DNA of 62,146 nt, the filler included. It is 4 parts of 4 records of this genome, joined end to end, with 100 filler letters (N's around TTAATTAATTAA, not from the genome) between each part and the next. Parts side by side here need not be neighbours in the genome. Positions count along the whole stretch, not along the records: positions 26,753 to 56,743 come from SRR31156797_556; 3 more parts are not named here. One strand, 5' to 3'. Shown piece after piece: positions 39,660-49,546 of this stretch. Position numbers and translations under genes: made by a program. The notes under the pieces are model-generated. The model was not told the DNA's origin. It saw nothing but the letters and a program-made list of their open reading frames with translations, and ran no database searches. Numbering within the stretch: position 1 is the stretch's first letter; each line of letters starts with the position of its first letter.

Positions 39660-41681
39660 ATGACTGAAAAAATTACAGTGGCACTTACCGGCAATCCAAA
39701 CGTCGGGAAGACCTCTATATTCAATGCAATAACAGGCTCCAAGCAGCACGTAGGAAACTGGCCCGGCGTTACGGTGGAACGTAAGATCGGTAAAAGAGTT
39801 CATAACGATGTTATGATGGAGGTAGTTGACCTCCCTGGCACATACAGCCTTACAGCCTACTCACTTGATGAAATCATTGCCCGTGACTTCATCATTGAAG
39901 AAAAGCCGGACATTGTAGTGCAGGTGATCGATGCAACCAATCTTGAAAGAAACCTGTATCTTACAACCCAGTTGATGGAACTTGGTGTTAAGCTCATCAT
40001 TGCGCTGAATATGACAGACCTTGCCCTTGCAAAAGGCGACAACATCGAAGAAGCAAAGATGCAGGAATTCCTGGAAGTCCCGGTAGTATCAACTATTGGA
40101 AGCAAAGGCAACGGCATAGAAGGGCTTCTTGATGCAGTCACCGGAGAAATACACAAAACAAGAGCCTCTGAGAACGTATTCACCTATGATGAAGGAATCG
40201 AAGAAAAGGCAGGGAAACTGGAAGTAATCCTTGAAATGGATCCATTCTTTGCACATTATCCTTCAAGATGGTTCAGCATGAAGTTGCTTGAGGGCGACGA
40301 GAACATAATCAAAAAAGCAAAGGAAAGCGATAGCTACCAGAAAATAGAAAAGATATTGAATGAAAGCGATGCCGACATTCTTGAAGCTAAGATCGCAGAC
40401 CAGCGATACAAGACAATACAGACAATGCTGAGGCAGGTATGTGATATCAACACCGAGCACCTCAGTGGTTCAGACATGGTTGACCGCGTGGTAACTAACA
40501 AGGCACTTGGAATTCCCATATTCCTGGCCCTGATGTGGGCAGCCTTTGAAGTCACATTCACTTTCGCAACCCCATTCATGAATATAATTGACATGTTCTT
40601 CGGATGGCTGGCAGAGACTGCTGTAAACGTAATTCCTGTCCCGTGGCTTGCATCCCTTGTAGGAGAGGGAATGATTGCAGGAGTAGGTTCAGTAATCATA
40701 TTCCTTCCTAACATCCTCCTGTTGTTCTTCATGTTGTCCCTTATGGAAGACAGTGGTTACATGGCAAGAGCTGCATTCATCATGGACAGGATAATGAGCA
40801 AAGTAGGACTGCATGGAAAGTCATTTATACCGCTTGTCATGGGATTCGGATGCAACGTGCCTGCCATCATGGCAACACGTACAATCGAAGATACAAGGGA
40901 CCGACTCATAACTATCCTGATAACTCCCTTTATGTCCTGCGGGGCAAGGCTTCCAGTCTATGTTCTCCTGGCCGGGGCGTTCTTTGGCAGAGACGCAGGA
41001 GTTGTGATCTTCAGCCTGTACGCACTGGGAATCCTGGTTGCCATTGTAAGTGCAAAGCTTATGCGCAGTACGATCCTCAGAGGAGAGGATGCACCATTCA
41101 TAATGGAGCTACCATCATACAAGATACCCACACTGAAAGGAAGCTTCATCCACATGTGGGAAAGAGGAAAGATCTATCTTAAGAAAGCAGGAACTATCAT
41201 TCTCATCGGAGTTGTCGGAGTATGGCTCCTTGCTTCTATCCCGGCTCCGGGAAGTCAGGGGGCATTTGCTTCAGAGGAAGTATATGGAAGCACCCAGTCC
41301 GCCATTGGAGTCATAGGACAGATGATAGAACCCCTTGTGGCACCCCTCGGATTTGACTGGAGAATTGCAGTAGCACTGTTGTTTGGTGTTGTTGCAAAGG
41401 AGATAGTTGTCGGATCCATGGGCGTGCTCTATGGGGCAGGAGAGGATGAGGATACCCTTTCAAAGATACTTGCAGCCGGGGCTATGACACCCCTTGCAGG
41501 TCTTGGACTAATGGTGTTCACCCTTCTATACGCACCGTGTTTCGCTTGTATCGGTGTTATCAAAAGAGAGACAGGTTCATGGAAGTGGACCCTGTTTCAG
41601 CTTGCTTACGGAACGACGCTTGCCTGGAGCTTTGCATTTGTGATATATCAGGTAGGAACACGCGTGGGATTTCTGGCCTGA
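39660..41681 (+). CDS. feoB: Ferrous iron transport protein B
   Basis: GNPNVGKT, NWPGVTVE, DLPGTYSL, NMTD, GFGCNVPA, MSCGAR. Confidence 0.97.
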   Translation: MTEKITVALTGNPNVGKTSIFNAITGSKQHVGNWPGVTVERKIGKRVHNDVMMEVVDLPGTYSLTAYSLDEIIARDFIIEEKPDIVVQVIDATNLERNLYLTTQLMELGVKLIIALNMTDLALAKGDNIEEAKMQEFLEVPVVSTIGSKGNGIEGLLDAVTGEIHKTRASENVFTYDEGIEEKAGKLEVILEMDPFFAHYPSRWFSMKLLEGDENIIKKAKESDSYQKIEKILNESDADILEAKIADQRYKTIQTMLRQVCDINTEHLSGSDMVDRVVTNKALGIPIFLALMWAAFEVTFTFATPFMNIIDMFFGWLAETAVNVIPVPWLASLVGEGMIAGVGSVIIFLPNILLLFFMLSLMEDSGYMARAAFIMDRIMSKVGLHGKSFIPLVMGFGCNVPAIMATRTIEDTRDRLITILITPFMSCGARLPVYVLLAGAFFGRDAGVVIFSLYALGILVAIVSAKLMRSTILRGEDAPFIMELPSYKIPTLKGSFIHMWERGKIYLKKAGTIILIGVVGVWLLASIPAPGSQGAFASEEVYGSTQSAIGVIGQMIEPLVAPLGFDWRIAVALLFGVVAKEIVVGSMGVLYGAGEDEDTLSKILAAGAMTPLAGLGLMVFTLLYAPCFACIGVIKRETGSWKWTLFQLAYGTTLAWSFAFVIYQVGTRVGFLA

Positions 41682-41692
41682 TACCAACAGAG

Positions 41693-42163
41693 ATGATAGA
41701 TATGACTCACAGTTACGGAAATAAGGAAATAGCATTTGCAGCACTCGTAGGAGTGCTTTATGCCCTCTTCGGACTCCTGCACATTGTAGAGGGGCTTGGT
41801 ATAGATACAGGGATGAGCGGATCATTGTTCATTCCGGGAGATATCCTTGGAGGATTCTGCCTCATGGTCATTGGTGCCGTGTTCCTGACCGGATTCAGGG
41901 AAATGAAACAGGGAATTAACGCTGGAGTTTCCTTTGTTTATGTAGGAATACTCATGTCACTGATATTCGCTGCGGTTTACCTGCTTATCATGGGCGGGAA
42001 CCTGCTGGATTCATTCATAGTTCCAGATGACTATGAAGGCTGGAGCGTAATAGAAACCTTCAGACCGGGAATCTATCTGGGACTGCTTTCCCTTATTGGA
42101 ATACTGCACTGGAAGGACAGATTCTCACTTAACGAGGTACTGGTGTTCCGGGAGGGGGCATAA
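41693..42163 (+). CDS. Hypothetical membrane protein (about 4 TM) in the feo operon
   Basis: Hydrophobic ORF between feoB and the feoC-like gene. The start near 41693/41702 is preferred because 41537 overlaps feoB. Confidence 0.65.
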   Translation: MIDMTHSYGNKEIAFAALVGVLYALFGLLHIVEGLGIDTGMSGSLFIPGDILGGFCLMVIGAVFLTGFREMKQGINAGVSFVYVGILMSLIFAAVYLLIMGGNLLDSFIVPDDYEGWSVIETFRPGIYLGLLSLIGILHWKDRFSLNEVLVFREGA

Positions 42164-42462
42164 TGGTTGTCGGCTACAGGTATTTCCTGAGAAGGATAGC
42201 AGAGATAATGGATTCCAGAGAGAATCTCACCATCCACACCATTGCCGACAGGCTGAACCTCAGACATGATGAGTTCAGGGATATACTGAACATCATGATC
42301 CACAAAGGTGATATCGAGTGCATAGAAGAAAGTTCGGCCGGATGCAGCGGGAGCTGCAGCGGTTGTTCAAAGTTGTGTGCCGGACCGGTACTTTCAGGCA
42401 TAACAGGGAATGTCAGGTCATACAGGTTGACAGAAAAAGGCAGGATGGCATGTAAAGGATAG
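42163..42462 (+). CDS. FeoC-like winged-helix / Fe-S protein
   Basis: HTH-like N-terminus and CSGSCSGCSKLC cluster; last gene of the feo operon. Confidence 0.7.
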   Translation: MVVGYRYFLRRIAEIMDSRENLTIHTIADRLNLRHDEFRDILNIMIHKGDIECIEESSAGCSGSCSGCSKLCAGPVLSGITGNVRSYRLTEKGRMACKG

Positions 42463-43058
42463 GTAAGGAATAACCCAATAACATTAAATCCCGTTCTTTT
42501 TTCACTGAACCCTGCTTTTCCTTTCATCTTTTTTTACTGTATCCACCTTTGAATCATTTCAAACTGCTTTTGTGTTGACAGAAGAAAAAGCGGCTCTGTA
42601 AAAATCCTCATTTGAATGCAGAAATAAAGTTTAAGCAGCATATCTTTAAATCCACTTTTTCGTACCGTGCCGACTTCGCCGGAACCCTCCGAGATGGTTA
42701 TAGCTGTTTGTGATTTCTGATCAGTCGATCTTATTATCCCCTGCAACCGTGTATTTCTGATCGATCTACAAAAGATTATGGAAAAACAAAGGACAATGCT
42801 ACCACCCGCCGCAGGCGGCATGTTCCCTCACTGCTATCCTGAAGACAATTGAAATAATATAGTCATTCAAAGTTGCTGAGTTCAAAGTTACAAGTGGAAT
42901 GATCCCTACAAAGCCCTTAAGGTCGGCTTTTTGTAAAAAGTCGATGTTGTGTAAAAACTAACTGTTCTGTGTAAAAAGTCAAGTAAATATAGTATTTTTT
43001 ACACAAGGCCCTCAAAGTCATAACCTTTAAATACAATCAACCATTTCTTAACCATTAG

Positions 43059-43074
43059 TGTACAACTATATACA
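43059..43074. promoter_or_regulatory. TRP-box pair (TrpY operator candidate) upstream of trpD
   Basis: TGTACA-ACTA-TATACA, downstream of TATA-like CTTTAAATA (43025-43033). Confidence 0.55.
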
Positions 43075-43097
43075 TTGTTGCGTTAAAAGGTGCTACC

Positions 43098-44129
43098 ATG
43101 AAGGACTACATCAAGAAAGTAAGTGAAAAGCAGGACCTCACAATAACAGAAGCAGAGGATGCTATCACAAAGATATTCACAGAGGCAACGGACGCACAGA
43201 TCGCAGGCCTCCTTATTGCCCTCAAGATGAAAGAGGAGACGCCGGATGAGATCGCAGGTTTTGCCACCGGCATGAAAAAGGCTGCTAACACCATCGCGCC
43301 CAAAGTCGAAGGCGCACTTGTGGATGTTGTGGGGACTGGCGGTGACAGTCACAATACCATCAACATCTCGACCACATCCGCAATAGTTACCGCTGCAGCA
43401 GGTGTGGCAGTTGCAAAGCATGGTAACCGTTCCATAACCTCACTTTCCGGTAGTGCCGATGTCCTGAAAGCTCTCAGGATCAAAGTGGACAAATCACCTG
43501 AAGAGGTTACCGAGTCCATTGAAAAGAACGGCATCGGTTTCATGTTTGCACCGATATTCCACCCTGCTATGAAGAGGGTCGGACCCATTAGACAGGAAAT
43601 GGGTGTCAGGACGGTTTTCAACATGCTTGGTCCACTCACAAATCCTGCAAATGCAAAAGTCCAGCTTGTGGGTGTCTTCGACAAGAAACTCTGTGAGCCT
43701 TTCGCCCATGTAATGAAGAAACTTGGAGTCCAGAGGGCAATGGTCGTCCACGGTGACGGCATGGATGAGATCTCCAGTATCTCAGAGACATACGTTGCCG
43801 AATTGAAAGACGGTGAGATAACAACATATACGCTCGCACCTGAGGAACTGGGCATCACTAGGGCAACAATAGATGACATTGCAGGTGGCACCCCTGAAGA
43901 GAACGCAAAGGATATCATACGCATACTGAAAGGCGTGAAAGGACCGAAGAGGGACATCATTGTGATCAACTCTGCTGCAGCACTTTATGTCGCAGGCAGG
44001 GCAAACTCCGTCAAAGAAGCGGTCCCGATGGTCGAGGAAGTACTTGACAGCGGTAAGGCACTTCAGAAGCTGATCGAGTTCAGTGACGATGACAATCTAA
44101 AAGAGGTCATAGATGAAACATCTGCCTAA
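43098..44129 (+). CDS. trpD: Anthranilate phosphoribosyltransferase
   Basis: DVVGTGGD, NISTT, KHGNRS, GPLTNP, GMDEIS. Confidence 0.96.
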   Translation: MKDYIKKVSEKQDLTITEAEDAITKIFTEATDAQIAGLLIALKMKEETPDEIAGFATGMKKAANTIAPKVEGALVDVVGTGGDSHNTINISTTSAIVTAAAGVAVAKHGNRSITSLSGSADVLKALRIKVDKSPEEVTESIEKNGIGFMFAPIFHPAMKRVGPIRQEMGVRTVFNMLGPLTNPANAKVQLVGVFDKKLCEPFAHVMKKLGVQRAMVVHGDGMDEISSISETYVAELKDGEITTYTLAPEELGITRATIDDIAGGTPEENAKDIIRILKGVKGPKRDIIVINSAAALYVAGRANSVKEAVPMVEEVLDSGKALQKLIEFSDDDNLKEVIDETSA

Positions 44130-44790
44130 GGTCAAGATATGCGGAATGAAGACTGCTGAGGACATCGAACTGGCAGTGAGCTGCGGAGCCGATGCTGTGG
44201 GTTTTATCACAGAGGTTCCGGTGAACACTCCAAGGAAACTGGATGCTCAGACAGCTTCTGAACTTATCAGGAAAGTACCTCTCTTTGTGGACTCAGTGCT
44301 TGTGATCATGCAGGAAAACGGACATGCGGCACTGGACCTCATAGAGAGGACAAAGCCGGATGTAGTCCAGCTTCACAGGGACCTCAGCGCAGATGAGATC
44401 GAGATAATACGTAACGGCACGCACCAGAAGATCATCAGGACGTTTGTCATACCTGTTGACAGCAGGGAACTGCCCGGCGACATGATGAGAGAGATAGATT
44501 CGCTTTTCGACAATGACCTGATCGATGCCGTATTGCTCGACTCAGGGAAAGCAGGAGCAAGTGGCGGCACAGGACTGGTTCATGACTGGTCAATAAGCAG
44601 ACAAGTAGTTGAGAATACGGATGCTCCGGCAATGCTTGCAGGCGGGCTAAAGCCCGGGAATGTAAGAGATGCCGTAAATGAGGTAAGGCCATTTGCCGTG
44701 GACACTGCCTCAGGTGTAGAGACAGATGGAAAGAAAGATCCTGCAAAGGTATGCAGGTTTATAGAAGAGGCCAGGTGTATAAATGGTTGA
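44113..44790 (+). CDS. trpF: Phosphoribosylanthranilate isomerase
   Basis: VKICG, VQLH, GGTG..HDW, LAGGL, VDTASGVE. Confidence 0.95.
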   Translation: MKHLPKVKICGMKTAEDIELAVSCGADAVGFITEVPVNTPRKLDAQTASELIRKVPLFVDSVLVIMQENGHAALDLIERTKPDVVQLHRDLSADEIEIIRNGTHQKIIRTFVIPVDSRELPGDMMREIDSLFDNDLIDAVLLDSGKAGASGGTGLVHDWSISRQVVENTDAPAMLAGGLKPGNVRDAVNEVRPFAVDTASGVETDGKKDPAKVCRFIEEARCING

Positions 44791-46354
44791 TTTTGATCTT
44801 AGTAAAGAGGATTTCGCAACCCTCGTTGATAATTCACAGAAGCCTGCCATAGTGCAGCTTATGACGAAAGTGGATAGCATTTGCAGCCCCCTGCAATTGT
44901 ATGCGACCCTGCAGAACGCAGGGCATTCATATCTGCTTGAATCCGTAGAGAAGGAAAAAAGACATGCTAGATATTCATTCGTCGGATACGAACCCGAGAT
45001 GGTTGTATCTTTAAAGGACAGATACATCACAATCGAGTGCCAGATGAACTCCGAGCTTACAAAAAACATCTACAACAAGCTCAAGGCCATGGGAGATGTG
45101 GAATCACTCATTGGTGGTAAGTTTAGGGTGAAGGTAAATGATGGTGACGATGCCCTCGCAGCCTTCAGAAAGATATACCCCACAAGCACCGATACCAATC
45201 TGCTCAACCAGACACGTTTTGACAGGCAGACATTCCTCGGTGGCGCCATTGGCTACAACAGCTACGACCTTGTCTATGATGCATGGTTGGACCGGGACAA
45301 GAAGCCCGATGCTGACACACCGGATATGCATTTCGCAATAATGTCGAAGACATTTGTCTTCGACCACATCACGAACGAGACATATATAGTAATCACACCG
45401 TTTGTCTCAGAGGCAAGCGACTTGAACGATGTCTATGAACACGCGGTCTCAGAAGCGCAGCTCATGGAGAGATCACTCCAGATGGCCTCGGTTATAAGCA
45501 TCAGTGAGGATATCCCTGTGACAGACTCAGAGGAAACGGTTGCCAACATGGATCAGGCTGCCTATGAGGAAGCTGTGAAGATAGCAAAGCAGCACATTAT
45601 AGATGGTGACATATTCCAGGTGGTTCCTGCCCGCAGATACACGGTCAAAATGAAGCAGACACCCCTGCAACTCTACATCAGACTCAGGAACATCAATCCA
45701 AGTCCTTACATGTACATCTTCAATTTCAAGGATATTGGCATCGTGGGCGCAAGTCCTGAAACTCTTGTGACGGTCTTTGACAGGAAAGTCATCACAAACC
45801 CGATTGCAGGAACCTGTCCCCGTGGAAAGGATGGTGAAGAGGACAAAGTACTTGCAGATGAGATGCTTGGTGATGAGAAAGAACGTGCGGAACACGTCAT
45901 GCTTGTGGATCTCGGACGCAATGATGTCAGGATGGTTTCAAAAGGCGGGACCGTTAAGGTCGATGACCTTATGAGCGTAGTGAAGTACTCACACCTCCAG
46001 CACATCGAGAGTACTGTAAGTGGCGAACTAAGAGATGAATGTGACCAGTTCGATGCCACACGTGCAATATTCCCTGCAGGTACATTATCCGGTGCACCAA
46101 AGATAAGAGCAATGGAGATAATAGATGACCTTGAGCCGGAATCCAGAGGGATATACGGCGGAGGGGTCGGCTATTATTCATGGAACGGCGACGCTGACTT
46201 TGCCATTGTCATCAGGACAGTACTCATCAAGAACAACACAGCCTACGTACAGGCAGGAGCAGGTATTGTGGCTGATTCAGACCCGACATACGAATACAAC
46301 GAGACCGAAAGGAAAATGGCTGCTATGATAAAGGCCATAGGAGGCAAACAATGA
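44783..46354 (+). CDS. trpE: Anthranilate synthase component I
   Basis: LLESVE, NPSPYM, SPE, EHVMLVDLGRND, PAGTLSGAPK, QAGAGIVADS. Confidence 0.96.
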   Translation: MVDFDLSKEDFATLVDNSQKPAIVQLMTKVDSICSPLQLYATLQNAGHSYLLESVEKEKRHARYSFVGYEPEMVVSLKDRYITIECQMNSELTKNIYNKLKAMGDVESLIGGKFRVKVNDGDDALAAFRKIYPTSTDTNLLNQTRFDRQTFLGGAIGYNSYDLVYDAWLDRDKKPDADTPDMHFAIMSKTFVFDHITNETYIVITPFVSEASDLNDVYEHAVSEAQLMERSLQMASVISISEDIPVTDSEETVANMDQAAYEEAVKIAKQHIIDGDIFQVVPARRYTVKMKQTPLQLYIRLRNINPSPYMYIFNFKDIGIVGASPETLVTVFDRKVITNPIAGTCPRGKDGEEDKVLADEMLGDEKERAEHVMLVDLGRNDVRMVSKGGTVKVDDLMSVVKYSHLQHIESTVSGELRDECDQFDATRAIFPAGTLSGAPKIRAMEIIDDLEPESRGIYGGGVGYYSWNGDADFAIVIRTVLIKNNTAYVQAGAGIVADSDPTYEYNETERKMAAMIKAIGGKQ

Positions 46355-46941
46355 AAGTATTGTTCATCAACAACAAGGATTCATTTGTATGGAACCTCGT
46401 GGACTACGTGTCAATATACGAGCCAGACACCATGGTCGTGCCTAACACCATTTCCCTTGAAGAGATAAAGAAAATCAATCCCGGCGCCATTGTTGTGTCC
46501 CCGGGACCTGGTACACCTCATAAGGCAGAGGATATCGGTTCCTGTCTTGCCGTGATCAGGGAATTCGGTCCGAAGATACCAGTACTTGGAGTATGTCTGG
46601 GACACCAGGCAATAAACACCGCATTCGGTGGAAAGATAGGGCATGCAAAGGGCGGCCCCATCCACGGAAAGACATCTGACATAAGTCATGAGGAGTCGCC
46701 GCTATTTAAGGGAATCACTGACACGTTCAAAGGTGGAAGATACCACTCCCTTGCCATTCAGGAACTGGCAGAGGATCTTAAGGTCACCGCAAGGACGGAT
46801 GATGACATAATCATGGCCGTGGAACATAAGGAATACCCGGTTTACGGTGTGCAGTTCCATCCCGAGTCCATACTTACAGAAGATGGATTGTGGATCATCA
46901 AGAACTTCCTGAAGATAGCCGAGAGCATGCATAAGAACTAA
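46351..46941 (+). CDS. trpG: Anthranilate synthase component II (glutamine amidotransferase)
   Basis: SPGPG, GVCLGHQ, RYHSL, QFHPES. Confidence 0.95.
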   Translation: MKVLFINNKDSFVWNLVDYVSIYEPDTMVVPNTISLEEIKKINPGAIVVSPGPGTPHKAEDIGSCLAVIREFGPKIPVLGVCLGHQAINTAFGGKIGHAKGGPIHGKTSDISHEESPLFKGITDTFKGGRYHSLAIQELAEDLKVTARTDDDIIMAVEHKEYPVYGVQFHPESILTEDGLWIIKNFLKIAESMHKN

Positions 46942-46959
46942 GCACTTGCAGGCGTATTA

Positions 46960-47517
46960 TTGACTATGCTTATCGGTATAACCGGAACACCGGGGACAGG
47001 AAAGACCTCGGTGACAAAATTTCTTGAAAAGGACCCTTTCTTTCAGGTGATTCATCTCAATGAGCTGATAAAAGAAGAGAAACTCTACTCAGAGGTGGAT
47101 ACCGAAAGAGACTGTGTAGTTGCTGATATGGACAGGGTGTATGACAGGGTCCTGGACTTACAGGACAGTTTCTACGCCATTACCATAGTTGACAGTCATC
47201 TCTCCCACCATATTGCTGATATTGTGATCGTGCTAAGGACATCCCCTGCGATACTGAAGGGAAGACTGGAAAAAAGGAACTATTCAACTGATAAAGTGCA
47301 AGAGAATCTCGAAGCAGAAGCCCTTGACATCATTCTTGCAGAAGCAGTGGAATGGTGCACGAAGGTCTTTGAGATCAATACGACAACAGAGGATGTGGAA
47401 GGAACCCTCCGGGACATAGATAGAATAATAAAAGGGCTTCGAAGTGGCGACACAGAGGAGCTTGAAAAGGAATTCAAGCCAGGTTCTGTGGACTGGAGCG
47501 ACCATTTCTTTGACTAA
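46960..47517 (+). CDS. Archaeal adenylate kinase family (AK6/Fap7-like) NMP kinase
   Basis: ITGTPGTGKTS, DSHLSH, KVQENLEAE. Confidence 0.85.
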   Translation: MTMLIGITGTPGTGKTSVTKFLEKDPFFQVIHLNELIKEEKLYSEVDTERDCVVADMDRVYDRVLDLQDSFYAITIVDSHLSHHIADIVIVLRTSPAILKGRLEKRNYSTDKVQENLEAEALDIILAEAVEWCTKVFEINTTTEDVEGTLRDIDRIIKGLRSGDTEELEKEFKPGSVDWSDHFFD

Positions 47518-49088
47518 CTATAATCACTTATACTTTTTTCCTGCAAAATCTGTTGAGAGAAGCCCGATGGATTTGCAGGCAACTTTAGAGTGAATTTACT
47601 TCCTTTTCCATACTCACTTTCCACATAAATCACACCCTTATGCATTTTCACATATTCCCTGACAAGCATCAGCCCCAGGCCTGCACCACCCTGTTTGCGT
47701 GTTGCTGAACCGTCCACCTGAACAAAAGGCTCAAATATTCTTTCCTTGTCCTCATCCTTTATACCAATGCCTGAATCTGTAACAGATATGCATATCCATT
47801 CGTCTGCTTTCCAGGTATTTACTGATATTGTACCCCCTTCATGAGTAAACTTCAGGGAATTTTCAACCAGATTATACAATATTTCCATAATCTTATCGAC
47901 ATCGCCAACTATAGTCACAACATCCGGTTCAATATATGTGCTGATTTTAATGTCTTTTTTAGCTGCCAGTGAACTTGTTCTGCTCAGGACCACCTGAATA
48001 ATGTATCCAGGATCAAAGTTCTCAAAGACCAGATCCATTTTCCCGGATTCAATCCTGGAAAGATCAAGCATCTTATTAATCAAATCAAGCAAGCGGATTC
48101 CATTTTTATGAATGGTACATACGTGACTTTTCTGCCTCTGGTTCAGACTTCCTGACAAGCCCTCCATCAACACATCGGAAAAGCCGATTACTGAACTTAA
48201 AGGAGTTTTTAGTTCATGACTTATATTTGCAAGTAATTCGTTCTTATAACGGTTCGCCTCTTCCGCAGCCATTCTTGCACGTAACATCTGTTGCTCGGCA
48301 AGTTTCCTGCTGGTGATATCAATAAAAGTACCAATTGCCCTGTGAGGAACACCTTTATCGTCGACATCAAATGGCTTGCCGCGGCCGGTTACCCAAACCC
48401 ATCTTCCTGAACGAGACTGCATTCTGAAATCCATCTGAAATATTTCAAGTTTTTTCAATTGATAAAGCAACTTAGAGACCACACGGTCCCTGTCATTAGG
48501 ATGAAGAAGAGATTTCCATGAATCAAGGGTTCCCGGAAGTTCATCTGGTGCATAACCAAACATAGAATACCAGCCCGGACTAAAATAAACATCGTCAGAA
48601 TCCATATTCCAGTCCCAGAAACCATGCTCGGAAACTTCCATCGCGAGATTGAGACGCTCCTCACTTTCACGAAGTGATGACTCTGCTGTTTCTTTTGCCA
48701 TAAGAACATGTTTTTTGTTAATGGCATCCCTGAGCGAAAACGGAAGTCTCCTTATACGATCCTTCAGAACATAATCCGTTGCCCCGGCTTTCATACATTT
48801 AACAGCAGTTTCTTCGTTAAGGGAGCCTGTAAAAATAATAAAAGGTATAGTGTCATCAAAATCAATCAGAATGTTTAATGCCTGCATACCATCAAACATC
48901 GGAAGACTGTAATCAGATATTACTATATCCGGATTAAATTCTACAAGTTGTTTAGAAAACTCCTCGCTGGTTTCCACTCTTATTGACTGAAATTCTATCC
49001 CATGTTTGGCAAGAGTTCTTTCTGCCAGTTCCGTATCAGATGGAAGATCTTCAACGAATAGAATTCGCAGCTTTGAGTGGTTTTCCAT
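47514..49088 (-). CDS. Hybrid receiver - PAS - histidine kinase
   Basis: Receiver (VED, ISDYSLP, DYVLK), PAS_3 (LHPND), SHELKTPL, NLVENS, DSGIG, GAGLGL. Confidence 0.92.
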   Translation of the reverse strand: MENHSKLRILFVEDLPSDTELAERTLAKHGIEFQSIRVETSEEFSKQLVEFNPDIVISDYSLPMFDGMQALNILIDFDDTIPFIIFTGSLNEETAVKCMKAGATDYVLKDRIRRLPFSLRDAINKKHVLMAKETAESSLRESEERLNLAMEVSEHGFWDWNMDSDDVYFSPGWYSMFGYAPDELPGTLDSWKSLLHPNDRDRVVSKLLYQLKKLEIFQMDFRMQSRSGRWVWVTGRGKPFDVDDKGVPHRAIGTFIDITSRKLAEQQMLRARMAAEEANRYKNELLANISHELKTPLSSVIGFSDVLMEGLSGSLNQRQKSHVCTIHKNGIRLLDLINKMLDLSRIESGKMDLVFENFDPGYIIQVVLSRTSSLAAKKDIKISTYIEPDVVTIVGDVDKIMEILYNLVENSLKFTHEGGTISVNTWKADEWICISVTDSGIGIKDEDKERIFEPFVQVDGSATRKQGGAGLGLMLVREYVKMHKGVIYVESEYGKGSKFTLKLPANPSGFSQQILQEKSISDYS

Positions 49089-49096
49089 TTGTTCCC

Positions 49097-49546
49097 CTAT
49101 TTTTTGAACTCATTCATAAGCAACCAGTAGAAACCAATCTTCTTGATAGACTCAACAAAGTTATCAAAGTCTACTGGCTTTACTATATAACTATTAACAC
49201 CCAAACGATAACTCTCTACAATATCACATTCCTGTTTTGAAGATGTCAGCATAACAACAGGTATAGATTTTGTATTCATGTCATTCTTTATTACTTTAAG
49301 CACTTCCAGGCCATCAACCTTTGGGAGCTTAAGATCAAGAAGAATTAATCGGGGGCTGGAATTTATATCCCTCCCCTCAAATTCTCCCTGACCATAAATG
49401 AAATCAAGGGCCTTCTCACCATCACCAATTACAACAACATTGTTTGCAATATTGTTCTTTTTCAAAGCCCTTATAGCCAGTTCAACATCATTCGGATTGT
49501 CTTCTACAAGTAAAATTTCTACTTCATTCTCCACACACATAATCAT
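49097..49546 (-). CDS. Single-domain response regulator (Rcp1-like)
   Basis: [35 protein letters not shown]. Confidence 0.92.
   Translation of the reverse strand: MIMCVENEVEILLVEDNPNDVELAIRALKKNNIANNVVVIGDGEKALDFIYGQGEFEGRDINSSPRLILLDLKLPKVDGLEVLKVIKNDMNTKSIPVVMLTSSKQECDIVESYRLGVNSYIVKPVDFDNFVESIKKIGFYWLLMNEFKK

Noticed and set aside
42534-42821. 95-aa minus-strand ORF between the feo and trp operons
   Set aside because: No RBS or recognisable domain; it may be a decayed fragment but I cannot support a call
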